From a virus (taxonomy: Duplodnaviria > Caudoviricetes): DNA of 64,000 nt. The DNA lies in the IMG/VR virus record IMGVR_UViG_3300025924_000017, positions 128,001-192,000 of that record. One strand, written 5' to 3'. Below are positions 1 to 8,618 of the stretch, piece by piece. How positions within the stretch are numbered: the first letter of the stretch is position 1; each line of letters opens with the position of its first letter. A model generated the notes under the pieces. The model was not told the origin of the DNA, did not search any database, and saw nothing but the letters and a program-made list of their open reading frames with translations. Both the position numbers and the translations under genes were made by a program.

Positions 1-32
1 TCTGGTTCACGCCGACACTCGGCCCCGCGTAT

Positions 33-359
33 TTGTTGAGTCTCGCGACCGACGCTCGTGTGTGGATCGGAATCGCCTTGGTTGTCGGCGGGATTGTGCT
101 CTGGCACAGCAGCCAGACTATCCAGAAGCAGCAGCAGGTGATCGCCGTACAGCAGCAGAACACGCAGGCCAGCACCGACACGCAGGCGGTCATCACCGAC
201 GACGTGAAGAAGAAGCAGACGCGTGTAGTGCAGCAGCAGAACGAGCAGCATGCCATCGACACTGCGCCGGTCGGCGATCAGGAAGACGCGCTTTTGGACG
301 TGATCGCGAGGGAAAACGGTCAGCCGACCGTTGCCCCGACCCCGGCCCCGCAGAAATAA
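33..359 (+). CDS. Inner-membrane spanin (Rz-like); probably 5'-truncated, frame is open to the window edge
   Basis: N-terminal TM helix (VWIGIALVVGGIVLW), Gln-rich coiled coil, directly followed by a lipoprotein gene. Confidence 0.7.
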   Translation: MLSLATDARVWIGIALVVGGIVLWHSSQTIQKQQQVIAVQQQNTQASTDTQAVITDDVKKKQTRVVQQQNEQHAIDTAPVGDQEDALLDVIARENGQPTVAPTPAPQK

Positions 360-369
360 GGATTATCCG

Positions 370-714
370 ATGAAGAAGTTTGTTCTCGCAGCCGTTGTTG
401 CGGTGTCCCTTGCAGGATGCGCGACCGCGCCATCCGGCCTTATCGACCCCAACAACCTCTACCCGCAGGCGCTCACGAAGTGCACCGACGAGCCGGTTGT
501 CCCCACGCGTCCGGCGGACGGCAAACCGCGCTCAGAGAGCGCCAAGACGGCGTACGAAAAGAATCTCCACGCCGCCTATGAGGATTGCCACGACACGGTT
601 GCAAGCTGGGCGGAACGCCGCGCGCTCTACGTGAAGCAGTACGAGCAAGCCACGGAAGGCTACTTCACGCGGCTGTGGCACGCCGTCACCGACGAGACCG
701 ACGCCGCGAAGTAA
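370..714 (+). CDS. Outer-membrane spanin lipoprotein (Rz1-like)
   Basis: Signal peptide MKKFVLAAVVAVS with lipobox LAGC; Pro-rich linker; adjacent to the i-spanin. Confidence 0.75.
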   Translation: MKKFVLAAVVAVSLAGCATAPSGLIDPNNLYPQALTKCTDEPVVPTRPADGKPRSESAKTAYEKNLHAAYEDCHDTVASWAERRALYVKQYEQATEGYFTRLWHAVTDETDAAK

Positions 715-729
715 GCCTCAGCGAGGCTT
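713..729. terminator. Hairpin between convergent genes
   Basis: AAGCCTC-AGC-GAGGCTT between the spanin stop and the convergent ORF ending at 718. Confidence 0.45.
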
Positions 730-1002
730 CCTATCGACCGGTGGGCTGTTCCTCAGAGGGCGTCCGACTTTCGGCTCCTGATCATATTTTTTCAGGAAGG
801 TGCGCATGATCTTGGTCGCCTTTTCAGACCACCGAAGTTGGCCGCGAACGCGGGCGAAGAATTCCGGATGCGACCAAGGCGGCGCACCGTCGCTGAAGTG
901 CGCATAGCCTTGGGCCATTTGAATTTCGCTGAAAAGCTCATCGACAAGTTCGGCGACGCTCGGTAGCTGGGGCGCGTTTTCTTTCTGCGCCTTCACCGTC
1001 AC
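718..1002 (-). CDS. Hypothetical protein
   Basis: 94 aa ORF overlapping the upstream gene by 4 nt. Confidence 0.6.
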   Translation of the reverse strand: MTVKAQKENAPQLPSVAELVDELFSEIQMAQGYAHFSDGAPPWSHPEFFARVRGQLRWSEKATKIMRTFLKKYDQEPKVGRPLRNSPPVDRKPR

Positions 1003-1409
1003 GCCGCCTTCTTGCGCTTTTTACGCTTCGGCTCGATCTCCGCATCGAACTCACGCGTCGCCGAGTCGATCATGTTCATGACCGGCGCCGGTTGCTGAGA
1101 GCGCAGCAGTTCACATCCTTGCGCGATCAGCTTCATCCCACGCTCTGTCTTGGCGTCGTCGGCATGCGGCAACCCGGCCGCCGTGAAATTCGCGTTCACC
1201 GCTTCGATACGGGCGATCATCGCACCGCGAAAGCGGATGAAGAATTCCTCGTCCGGTGAGCGTGATGCGTTGAGCGCTCGCGTCAAGAGCGATTTCGAAT
1301 ATCGGATCGCACGGGCAAGGTCTGCCTGCCAGTGTGTGCCTCCGATGGCCCGGCCGATCCGTTTGGTCACCTGCGGATCGACAAGCTGCTCGTTCTTCAG
1401 TCTCGGCAT
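999..1409 (-). CDS. Hypothetical protein, possible HTH DNA-binding
   Basis: WQADLARAIRYSKSLLTRAL resembles an HTH; basic C-terminus. Confidence 0.55.
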   Translation of the reverse strand: MPRLKNEQLVDPQVTKRIGRAIGGTHWQADLARAIRYSKSLLTRALNASRSPDEEFFIRFRGAMIARIEAVNANFTAAGLPHADDAKTERGMKLIAQGCELLRSQQPAPVMNMIDSATREFDAEIEPKRKKRKKAA

Positions 1410-1415
1410 TTCAGT

Positions 1416-2000
1416 TCATTCTCCCTTCTTGATTACCATTCCACGCAGAAATGCCGCGTGTTGAAAAATACTGGCTGGCGCCGTACTACTGCGTGATCTC
1501 CATGCAGAAGCCGTTCCACCGACCTGAACACTGGTTCCGACACCGAACATCTCCGCGATCCCGAGGACTTGCGAGCCGAGTTCGGTCGGATAGTAGGACG
1601 TTCGATTGCTTGCCCATCCAACACTGGTTTTCTTGGCTCGCACGATGCTGTTCCGAATCAGCGTTGCCAGAATAGTACGGACGCTGCCGACCGCTTTTCC
1701 AGCGGTCTCGGCGATCTCCGCCACCCCGACGCCCGGGTCTGCTTCCCCGGTGACCCGTTTTGCGGCCCAAAGCCGCCAAAGAACCCCGAAAAGGTCCAGA
1801 TGCGGTAGGGATATCTTGGTCACCCCGAGAGGTCCCCGAACCATGGTGAATTCTTGCCGTGTCTGGGCCGCTGCGGCGCGCGCACGCGCCAGTCTCCCGC
1901 CGACAGGCTGGGCAGCCGCCTCGGCAGCCGAGGCCGTCCTGAACGTCTTACGGGGCGGCTGAGCGCCATCCCCCGTGTCTCGCGTGGGTTCATCCATCAT
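1416..2000 (-). CDS. Putative winged-helix DNA-binding protein
   Basis: VGVAEIAETAGKAVGSVRTILATLIRNSIVR...YYPTELG fits a wHTH pattern. Confidence 0.55.
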   Translation of the reverse strand: MMDEPTRDTGDGAQPPRKTFRTASAAEAAAQPVGGRLARARAAAAQTRQEFTMVRGPLGVTKISLPHLDLFGVLWRLWAAKRVTGEADPGVGVAEIAETAGKAVGSVRTILATLIRNSIVRAKKTSVGWASNRTSYYPTELGSQVLGIAEMFGVGTSVQVGGTASAWRSRSSTAPASIFQHAAFLRGMVIKKGE

Positions 2001-2282
2001 TCTGTCAACGAATTAGATCAAATCGAGTCCGTTGTCAAGTGCAAGTGTTGACAAATCAGTCAGAATGTCGTAGATCGCGACTTCCCAAACGGAGCCCGAG
2101 ACCCTGACCCGCCCCAGATCGCCCATTACCCTGCAAGGAATTCTCCTTCTGGTCGCGTGTTCATGCGTTCTGGTCCGGCTTGTCGCCTTCCATTCCACCC
2201 CGTGGGTCTACTTTGCGTTCCCCGGGATCGTCTGGATCGTCTCGTTCGTCGTCAACGTCATCAAAGAGAGTAGAAAATAGCC

Positions 2283-2531
2283 TTGGACCCTCTGCCATTC
2301 CCTCCGAAAATCATCGAGCACCGCGAGCGCACCCACCATCGCGAGTATGCCGTCCAGAACAACCTCTACGCCGAACTGGTCAGACCGCAGCGCTCAGCCC
2401 CGCGACGCGGCTCCAAACGGACACCGAAGCCCGAGGAACTCTTCGCGGACGCCATCAAGGCCGGTCACGTGAAGGTCATCCGCCGCCGGGGCAAGCCACC
2501 TCAGATCGTCTGGCTGAAGAATGTTCGTTGA
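2283..2531 (+). CDS. Hypothetical protein
   Basis: 82 aa ORF with phage-like codon usage, coupled to the next gene. Confidence 0.55.
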   Translation: MDPLPFPPKIIEHRERTHHREYAVQNNLYAELVRPQRSAPRRGSKRTPKPEELFADAIKAGHVKVIRRRGKPPQIVWLKNVR

Positions 2532-2757
2532 ACTCGAATTCGGTAAAGGTCAGGTTGTCGTCGCCCGGACGATGGACCGCCCCGGCGTGGTGATCGCCCC
2601 CGCGCGCTCCGCCGGAACCGTTGGTGCGGATGCGTCTTGCGAATTACCGCTCATGGGCGGGGTCATTCTTCGTTTCGACACCCACGAGCAGGCCATTGTC
2701 GTTCGCGAGGCCCTGCGTTCTCCCCAAGAGTCACAGACCACGACAGCAAATCCGTAA
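2521..2757 (+). CDS. Hypothetical protein
   Basis: 78 aa ORF. Confidence 0.55.
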   Translation: MFVELEFGKGQVVVARTMDRPGVVIAPARSAGTVGADASCELPLMGGVILRFDTHEQAIVVREALRSPQESQTTTANP

Positions 2758-2840
2758 TTCTTGACACTCCGGGCCGATTGGGGAATGGTGCTGGCCGCTG
2801 CCGGTCCCCACACGGCTCACCCCGATTCCCCGCATGGTGC

Positions 2841-5800
2841 ATGTCTCAAGCCGCTGAATTCCTCAACGCCGTTTTTTCTTCTACCGACGCGGCAATCTCA
2901 TTCGACCTGAACGGTCAGATCATCACGGACGCCGAAGAAATTGATCGGGATACGATCAAGGAGCGGCTGAGCGAAGCGTATGTCGGCCCGTTCACCGATC
3001 AGGGCGTTTGCTTCGTCCACGGCTTTCTCGATGGTGCGACGGTGGACGATGTGGCGTCCTGCCGCTTGCAGCCCACCGCTGTTCTGAAGAAGCACGGCGA
3101 AGACAAATTGATCTTCGTCTGGGCATTCGACGCCCCGGTCGATGATATCCGCATTTCGCTGCTCACCGACGCTCTCGGCATGGCCTCGCCGGAGGAGTTC
3201 ATTCCGCTCCCGGGCGTGGACGGCTGGGAGCTTTTGGAGACGACTCCCGAGTGCGTCTATTCGTTCGACGTTCTTGCCGAAGTCTATGTGCTCGATGACA
3301 CAGTCGTCGAAGCCGATCCCAACGCGGATAGCGCGTTCGCCACCGAACCGGAAACACCTGCGACGTATGGTGATGCCGTTTGCGTCACGCCCTACAACGA
3401 AACCGATCACTTCAACGAGATCACTGTCGCCCTCGGCCCGAACCGCGAGTCGAAGCAGTGGAAGCCGATGTCGATGCCAGCAGGCGCCTTCATCGCGCGC
3501 CTCTGCCAGCATCAGGTCGGCAGGAAAGACGGCCCGGCGTTTGTGCTCGGTGACATGGTTCCGGGCCAGCGCTTCAAGAACCGGGTCAAGTCTCTCTACG
3601 GCGTGGGACTCGATATCGATACCGGCACGCCGTCGAGCACGGTCGATACCGCATTGGCCGCGCTTCAGGTTCAAGCAGTCCGGTACACTACACACTCGCA
3701 TCTTAAGACGCACACCGACTTCAACAAGGATCGCGTCATCAAGTGGTCCGAAGGTCGCGAGATCAATGACGATCTCATCCGCGAATTCCTGACGACGGTC
3801 GAGCAGTGGGACGCAGACATTGTCGCATCCGCCGAATATCTCGGCACGGATCACACCGAGAAAGGCATCGTCTGTCAGGTCAGCCACAACCCGATGCCGA
3901 AGCATCGTGTGGTTCTCCTGTTCAAGGAGCCTTTCGTCATCGAGAACGAAGGTAAGACGCAGAAAGAAGCGATGGACAAGTGGGCGAAGGTGCCGGAAGC
4001 ACTTGCGCGTCTGCTCAACGTCCCCTTCGACACGTCCTGTACCGATCCTTCACGCCTGTTCTATTTCCCGCGCCACGCGGACGGCAAGCCGTTCGAGATC
4101 AGCGTCTTTGGCGGCCCGTACTTCGACTGGCGCACGCTGGAACTTGACGATCCGATGGAGCGCCTTGCCGCGACTCTCGACAAGGGCAAGTCCAAGTCCA
4201 AAACCAAGGAAGGTAAGGAACTCGGCCGCTGGTCGTTGAAACGCGCCCACGGCTTCCAGATCGCCGATGTGATCGAAGCCAATGCGCCGGATCGCATTCG
4301 CCACAACACAGGTCACGGACTGGAGATCGAGTGCCCGTTCGACGAGAGCCATTCCAACGCCGGTGATCCCGAAGACCGCGCCTGCTTGGTTGTGAACGCG
4401 GGCGAGGGGCCGAGCGAGTGGTTCACGATCTCCTGCCGTCACGAGACCTGCCGCGACAAGACCAATCTCGACATGCTGGGCAAGATGATTGCGGACGGCT
4501 GGTTCGAGAAGGACGTGCTCGAAGATGAGCAATTCAATGCCATCCTCGAAGAGGATCAGAAGCCCGAAGTCGCCGTCCAGATCGAAAAGCAGGACGAAGC
4601 GAAGAAGGACTACATCACCGCAATCGAAGCCTTGGAAGGCGACTCCAGCGAGGAGACGGTCCAACACGCGATCACGCTGTTGTTGGATGCGAAGCTCGGA
4701 ACATTGGAGCAGGTCAAGGCCGAGAAGCTCCTCAAGAAGGTCCTCGGCGTCAATTCGACCGATGTCCAGAAGCTCCTCAAGCGCGCGCGAACCGACCGAA
4801 TGCGCGACACGAAGCATGAGGAGATGGACGGCGAGCGGATGATCTTCCGCTATCAGGGCGAGTTCAACTTCGACGACGCCTTCAACATCTGCGTCAAGTC
4901 GCTCAAGGCGACGAATGACCGCGCCAAGAAACCTGTGTTCTCGTGCATCGACTCCGAGCCGGTTCGGTTCATGACGAAAAGGAACGAAGGCAAGGAAAGC
5001 GTTTCATTCGAACCCATCTCGAACCGCACTTTGTGGTCGGAGCTTTGTCGTTATGTGGCGTTTGTCCGCACCAGCGATCAAGGCGACGGCGCACGCGGCA
5101 AGGTCCCGGAGGACGTGGCGAACCTTGTGTTCGAGCAGGCGTACCATAAGCTCCCGCAGGCGCCCGAAGTCATTTATACCCCGCTGTTTTTGCGTGATGG
5201 TACGCTGCTTGCGGCGGATGGCTATCACTTTGATCCGAAGCGCCCCGATTACAAGAACCTGCTTTTGATCTCGAATGGCCTGCTTGACGCGATGCCTCAG
5301 GTGCCGCGTGCGCCGAGCGCCGAAGACGTCGAGGAAGCACGCGACTGGATCATCACCGAACTGCTGAGCGACTTTCCGTTCCTCGACACCGATAGTCAGG
5401 GTAGCGAGCGTCGGGAACCGTCGCTGGCGAACGCACTTGCCATGCTCATTACACCGTTCATGCGGCGCATGATCAATGGGCGTACGCCGGTGTTCTTCGT
5501 CTACAAGCCCCAGCCGGGCACCGGCGGCACGCTCTTGGGGCAGCTTCCCATGTGGCTGTTCGACGGCGCGGCGGGCTCCGCAACGCGCTATTCGCAGAAC
5601 GAAGAAGAAATGCAGAAGGGCTTGATCGCGGCCGTGCAGGAACCGCGCTCGCATCTGTTCTTCGACGACGTCAAGGACTTCAACAACCGCGAGCTTCTGC
5701 GCGCCATCACGCAGGACAATATCTCCGGGCGCCTCCTCGGCGCGTCCCGCAACATCAGCGTGCCCAACCGCTTCAACTGGGTCGGCACCGGCAACAACAC

Positions 5801-6416
5801 CGTCATCCTCGACGAAATGCGCCGCCGGACGGTCTACATCCGCCTGAACGCGCAGATGCCCGACGCCACCACGCGTATCTTCCGCCATCCCGACATCTCA
5901 GGCATGGGCTATACGGAATTCGTCAAGAAGAATAGGCACATCGCGGTTCGCCACATCCTGACGCTGATCCAGTACTGGATCAGCATGGGCATGCCGCTCT
6001 TCAGCGAGCGTCGGCGCGCGTCGTTTGAGGACTGGTCGGCGAAGGTCGGCGGCGTTCTCCAAGCCTGCGCCGTGGAAGGCTTCATCGACAACTTCGACGT
6101 GGTCTCGTCGGACTTCGAAGATGCGGCGTCGCGTCAATTCGTGCGCGATCTCTTCCACTATAAGGGCTCGAACTTCGTCCATACACCGAACGCGTTGTTC
6201 GACTGGGCGAGCGAGAACCGCTTCGACATCATCAGCGGCAACAACGAAGATCAGAAGCGTTCGCGCTTCATGAAGAACTCGCTGCCGTCGATGCAGGACC
6301 GCACCTATCGCATTGATGGTGAAGACTTCATGTTCCAGCAGGCGATGGACAACCAGCAGAACCTCGGTTTCCAGCTTGTGAAATTGGAGCGCGAGGATGA
6401 AGCCCGCGCGGCGTAG
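2841..6416 (+). CDS. Large primase-like replication protein (primase-like N-terminus, Cys/His Zn-binding region, degenerate P-loop domain)
   Basis: Likely ATG at 2841 (MSQAAEF); GLDID and TDPSRLFY primase-like motifs; CPFDESH...CRHETC; KPQPGTGGTLL and LFFDDV Walker A/B-like motifs. Confidence 0.65.
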   Translation: MSQAAEFLNAVFSSTDAAISFDLNGQIITDAEEIDRDTIKERLSEAYVGPFTDQGVCFVHGFLDGATVDDVASCRLQPTAVLKKHGEDKLIFVWAFDAPVDDIRISLLTDALGMASPEEFIPLPGVDGWELLETTPECVYSFDVLAEVYVLDDTVVEADPNADSAFATEPETPATYGDAVCVTPYNETDHFNEITVALGPNRESKQWKPMSMPAGAFIARLCQHQVGRKDGPAFVLGDMVPGQRFKNRVKSLYGVGLDIDTGTPSSTVDTALAALQVQAVRYTTHSHLKTHTDFNKDRVIKWSEGREINDDLIREFLTTVEQWDADIVASAEYLGTDHTEKGIVCQVSHNPMPKHRVVLLFKEPFVIENEGKTQKEAMDKWAKVPEALARLLNVPFDTSCTDPSRLFYFPRHADGKPFEISVFGGPYFDWRTLELDDPMERLAATLDKGKSKSKTKEGKELGRWSLKRAHGFQIADVIEANAPDRIRHNTGHGLEIECPFDESHSNAGDPEDRACLVVNAGEGPSEWFTISCRHETCRDKTNLDMLGKMIADGWFEKDVLEDEQFNAILEEDQKPEVAVQIEKQDEAKKDYITAIEALEGDSSEETVQHAITLLLDAKLGTLEQVKAEKLLKKVLGVNSTDVQKLLKRARTDRMRDTKHEEMDGERMIFRYQGEFNFDDAFNICVKSLKATNDRAKKPVFSCIDSEPVRFMTKRNEGKESVSFEPISNRTLWSELCRYVAFVRTSDQGDGARGKVPEDVANLVFEQAYHKLPQAPEVIYTPLFLRDGTLLAADGYHFDPKRPDYKNLLLISNGLLDAMPQVPRAPSAEDVEEARDWIITELLSDFPFLDTDSQGSERREPSLANALAMLITPFMRRMINGRTPVFFVYKPQPGTGGTLLGQLPMWLFDGAAGSATRYSQNEEEMQKGLIAAVQEPRSHLFFDDVKDFNNRELLRAITQDNISGRLLGASRNISVPNRFNWVGTGNNTVILDEMRRRTVYIRLNAQMPDATTRIFRHPDISGMGYTEFVKKNRHIAVRHILTLIQYWISMGMPLFSERRRASFEDWSAKVGGVLQACAVEGFIDNFDVVSSDFEDAASRQFVRDLFHYKGSNFVHTPNALFDWASENRFDIISGNNEDQKRSRFMKNSLPSMQDRTYRIDGEDFMFQQAMDNQQNLGFQLVKLEREDEARAA

Positions 6417-6445
6417 AACTACAGTAGCATGAAAAGGAAGAGTGC

Positions 6446-6751
6446 ATGAAGAAGTCTTGGCGTACGTCCAAGCGCGCTTTGTTTGTCAAAGGCATCGCAT
6501 ATTTACTCGGAGTTTCGAGTCACGTCATCACCAAGGTCGCGCGGATGCCCGGCGATCCGCATTTCCCGGGTGAGTGTTGCCGACCGGCGGCGCACGGCGG
6601 CCCATGCAACGGCTATCCAGCGGAGACCTGCCCCGGCTACCACGCGTGGCGCGTCGGCCGCGCAGAACTCGACGCCGAGCGATCCTATTTGAAGAGGCGC
6701 TCGGACGTACCGCCACCGCCTCCACCTCTGGAGGGCAGGGGACGCCCATGA
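6446..6751 (+). CDS. Hypothetical Cys-rich protein
   Basis: 101 aa ORF, stop overlaps the next start. Confidence 0.5.
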   Translation: MKKSWRTSKRALFVKGIAYLLGVSSHVITKVARMPGDPHFPGECCRPAAHGGPCNGYPAETCPGYHAWRVGRAELDAERSYLKRRSDVPPPPPPLEGRGRP

Positions 6752-7137
6752 AGGTTTTCAAGCTCATGAAGGACGGCGGCCCGCTGTCCCGCGTCTGGGG
6801 CTTCTTCTTGATCGAAGCCAAGACACTCTTCTCCATCGCGTTCCTCTATTTCAAGAACGGCTCTCGTGAGGCGTATCACACCCACGCGTTCAACGCGATC
6901 TCGTGGGTGCTGTGGGGCAAGCTGATCGAGCGTACGATTGACGGCCGCGAGTTCGTCTACACGCCGAGCCTGATCCCGATCTACACACCGCGTGACCGGT
7001 TCCACAAGGTGACGAGCGAGGGCAACACGCTTGCGATCACGTTCCGGGGACCTTGGATCGCGAAGTGGAAGGAATTCCTTCCCCACCTCCGCGCATTCAT
7101 CACACTGACTCACGGTCGGAAAGAGGTCGCGGCGTGA
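6748..7137 (+). CDS. Cupin-like phage protein
   Basis: HTHAFNAISWVLWGKLIE...FHKV cupin metal-binding pattern. Confidence 0.6.
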   Translation: MKVFKLMKDGGPLSRVWGFFLIEAKTLFSIAFLYFKNGSREAYHTHAFNAISWVLWGKLIERTIDGREFVYTPSLIPIYTPRDRFHKVTSEGNTLAITFRGPWIAKWKEFLPHLRAFITLTHGRKEVAA

Positions 7138-7313
7138 TACCGGTCGTAGAGCCCAAGCACCTCAACGGTGTCGCCGCGCTCATCGCCGCTGAAGGGACAG
7201 CTTTGAAGAAGCTCCCAAACGAGATGGACACGGCGTTCGTCAAGCGGATCGTGTGCGCTTACCTGAATGCGACGATTGGCATGGGTGTTGAACCGGTGCA
7301 CCTGCCGCGTTAG
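7134..7313 (+). CDS. Small hypothetical protein
   Basis: GTG start overlapping the upstream TGA. Confidence 0.5.
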   Translation: MIPVVEPKHLNGVAALIAAEGTALKKLPNEMDTAFVKRIVCAYLNATIGMGVEPVHLPR

Positions 7314-7585
7314 TCGGCGATAGGATATTCCCGGTCAACAGCCGCCATAGCCGCTTGAGGCGTCTTCCAGCGGCGCGGCCAGCCCAGTCGTCCGTTCCCC
7401 ATTCGCAGGTATTTCTCGCTGGGATCAGGCTCCCATGCGGTCCACATACGCGCGTTCGAGTTTTCCGGGTTCGGATACGGCGACCGTCGATCCCAAAGAA
7501 CCACGGCGCCGTCAGAGCGTCGCCATTTGTGATCCTTTTGGACCTCTTTCCAGTGATGAGACGTTTGTGGACTCATCCTCACCAC
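7310..7585 (-). CDS. Hypothetical Trp-rich protein
   Basis: 91 aa ORF, end of the minus-strand block. Confidence 0.5.
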   Translation of the reverse strand: MVRMSPQTSHHWKEVQKDHKWRRSDGAVVLWDRRSPYPNPENSNARMWTAWEPDPSEKYLRMGNGRLGWPRRWKTPQAAMAAVDREYPIAD

Positions 7586-7717
7586 AATGCGTGGACAACG
7601 ACGGCGTCCGCCGGGTCTTTGGGTTTACGGCCACAGCTACGATCTTCGCGCCGGTTCACGTAGCCTTGCACGACGCACGAGCAGCGGGGCCAGACCTTAC
7701 ACATCTTCGGCTTGCGC

Positions 7718-8176
7718 TCAGACGAGGACCCACTCGACCGTGATGCCGAGTGACTTCGCGAACTTGGTCTCTTCGATGACACCTTCGGATTCCTCCCAGT
7801 TGTGGGCCATGAGGACGCGGACTTTCTTGCATCTGCGGATCAGGGCCTCAGAGTATTCCTTCCAGAACTTCCAGTCCTTGCCGAGCCCGGGGACCTGTTG
7901 GAGTGCGTAGTGGAACCAGAGCACGCCGATGACGCGTTCACCTTTCAAGGCGAACTTCCCCATCTCGCGGCAATAGATTGCCATCCGCGCCTCGATCACT
8001 TCCGGCGACGGATCGGAGTAGGGCATCGAGACGAAGATCAAATCATCCGCCTTCGATGTTGTCTCCTCGCCGAGGATTTTCCGTATTTCGATGAGTGTGG
8101 CCTGAAGGTTGTGGCCCTTCTCACAAGCCTTGTAGCCTAACTCGGCAGCGAAGAGCGCGACTGCATTGACGCTCAT
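7718..8176 (-). CDS. DUF1937-like (nucleoside deoxyribosyltransferase-like fold) protein
   Basis: IFVSMPYS...W...SEALIRRC..VRVL...WEESEGVIEE..FA pattern. Confidence 0.6.
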   Translation of the reverse strand: MSVNAVALFAAELGYKACEKGHNLQATLIEIRKILGEETTSKADDLIFVSMPYSDPSPEVIEARMAIYCREMGKFALKGERVIGVLWFHYALQQVPGLGKDWKFWKEYSEALIRRCKKVRVLMAHNWEESEGVIEETKFAKSLGITVEWVLV

Positions 8177-8349
8177 TGAGATGCCTCACCTAGGATGTCG
8201 TTGACGACCTCCACCATGCGCGGGTCTTGCTCGGAGAATTTCCGCAGCACGCTGGTGACAACAATCGCCGCCGTTTCATCATCCAGCTTGCCGGAAGACG
8301 AGGCTTTGGCGGCGCGGATGAGGGCCTTCATGTCGTTGGTCTGCTTCAT
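8173..8349 (-). CDS. Small hypothetical protein (58 aa, not in the ORF track)
   Basis: MKQTNDMKALIRAAK...GEASQ; both ends overlap neighbours in ATGA fashion. Confidence 0.55.
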   Translation of the reverse strand: MKQTNDMKALIRAAKASSSGKLDDETAAIVVTSVLRKFSEQDPRMVEVVNDILGEASQ

Positions 8350-8618
8350 CAGCGCACCCGATGCGTCCCGTTCGCCATGAGCAGCCCTGTGAACCCATCG
8401 TCATGAATGACGTGGAACGTACGACCGATGGCGCGTTCCGAGATGCTCTTCACGTCCGAGATGTCATGCCATCCGCGCATGTTGTAGCCGCCAGCATCGT
8501 GGCTGAAGCAGTACCAGACGGTTCCGTTGATCCCGAAGACAAAGTTGTGACCGACGACCCAGTGGTCTGGATGACTCTCCGGCGTGATGTCGGGAGGAAG
8601 CGCTTCACACATCGTCAA
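8349..8618 (-). CDS. Hypothetical protein
   Basis: 89 aa ORF, translationally coupled. Confidence 0.55.
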   Translation of the reverse strand: MTMCEALPPDITPESHPDHWVVGHNFVFGINGTVWYCFSHDAGGYNMRGWHDISDVKSISERAIGRTFHVIHDDGFTGLLMANGTHRVR

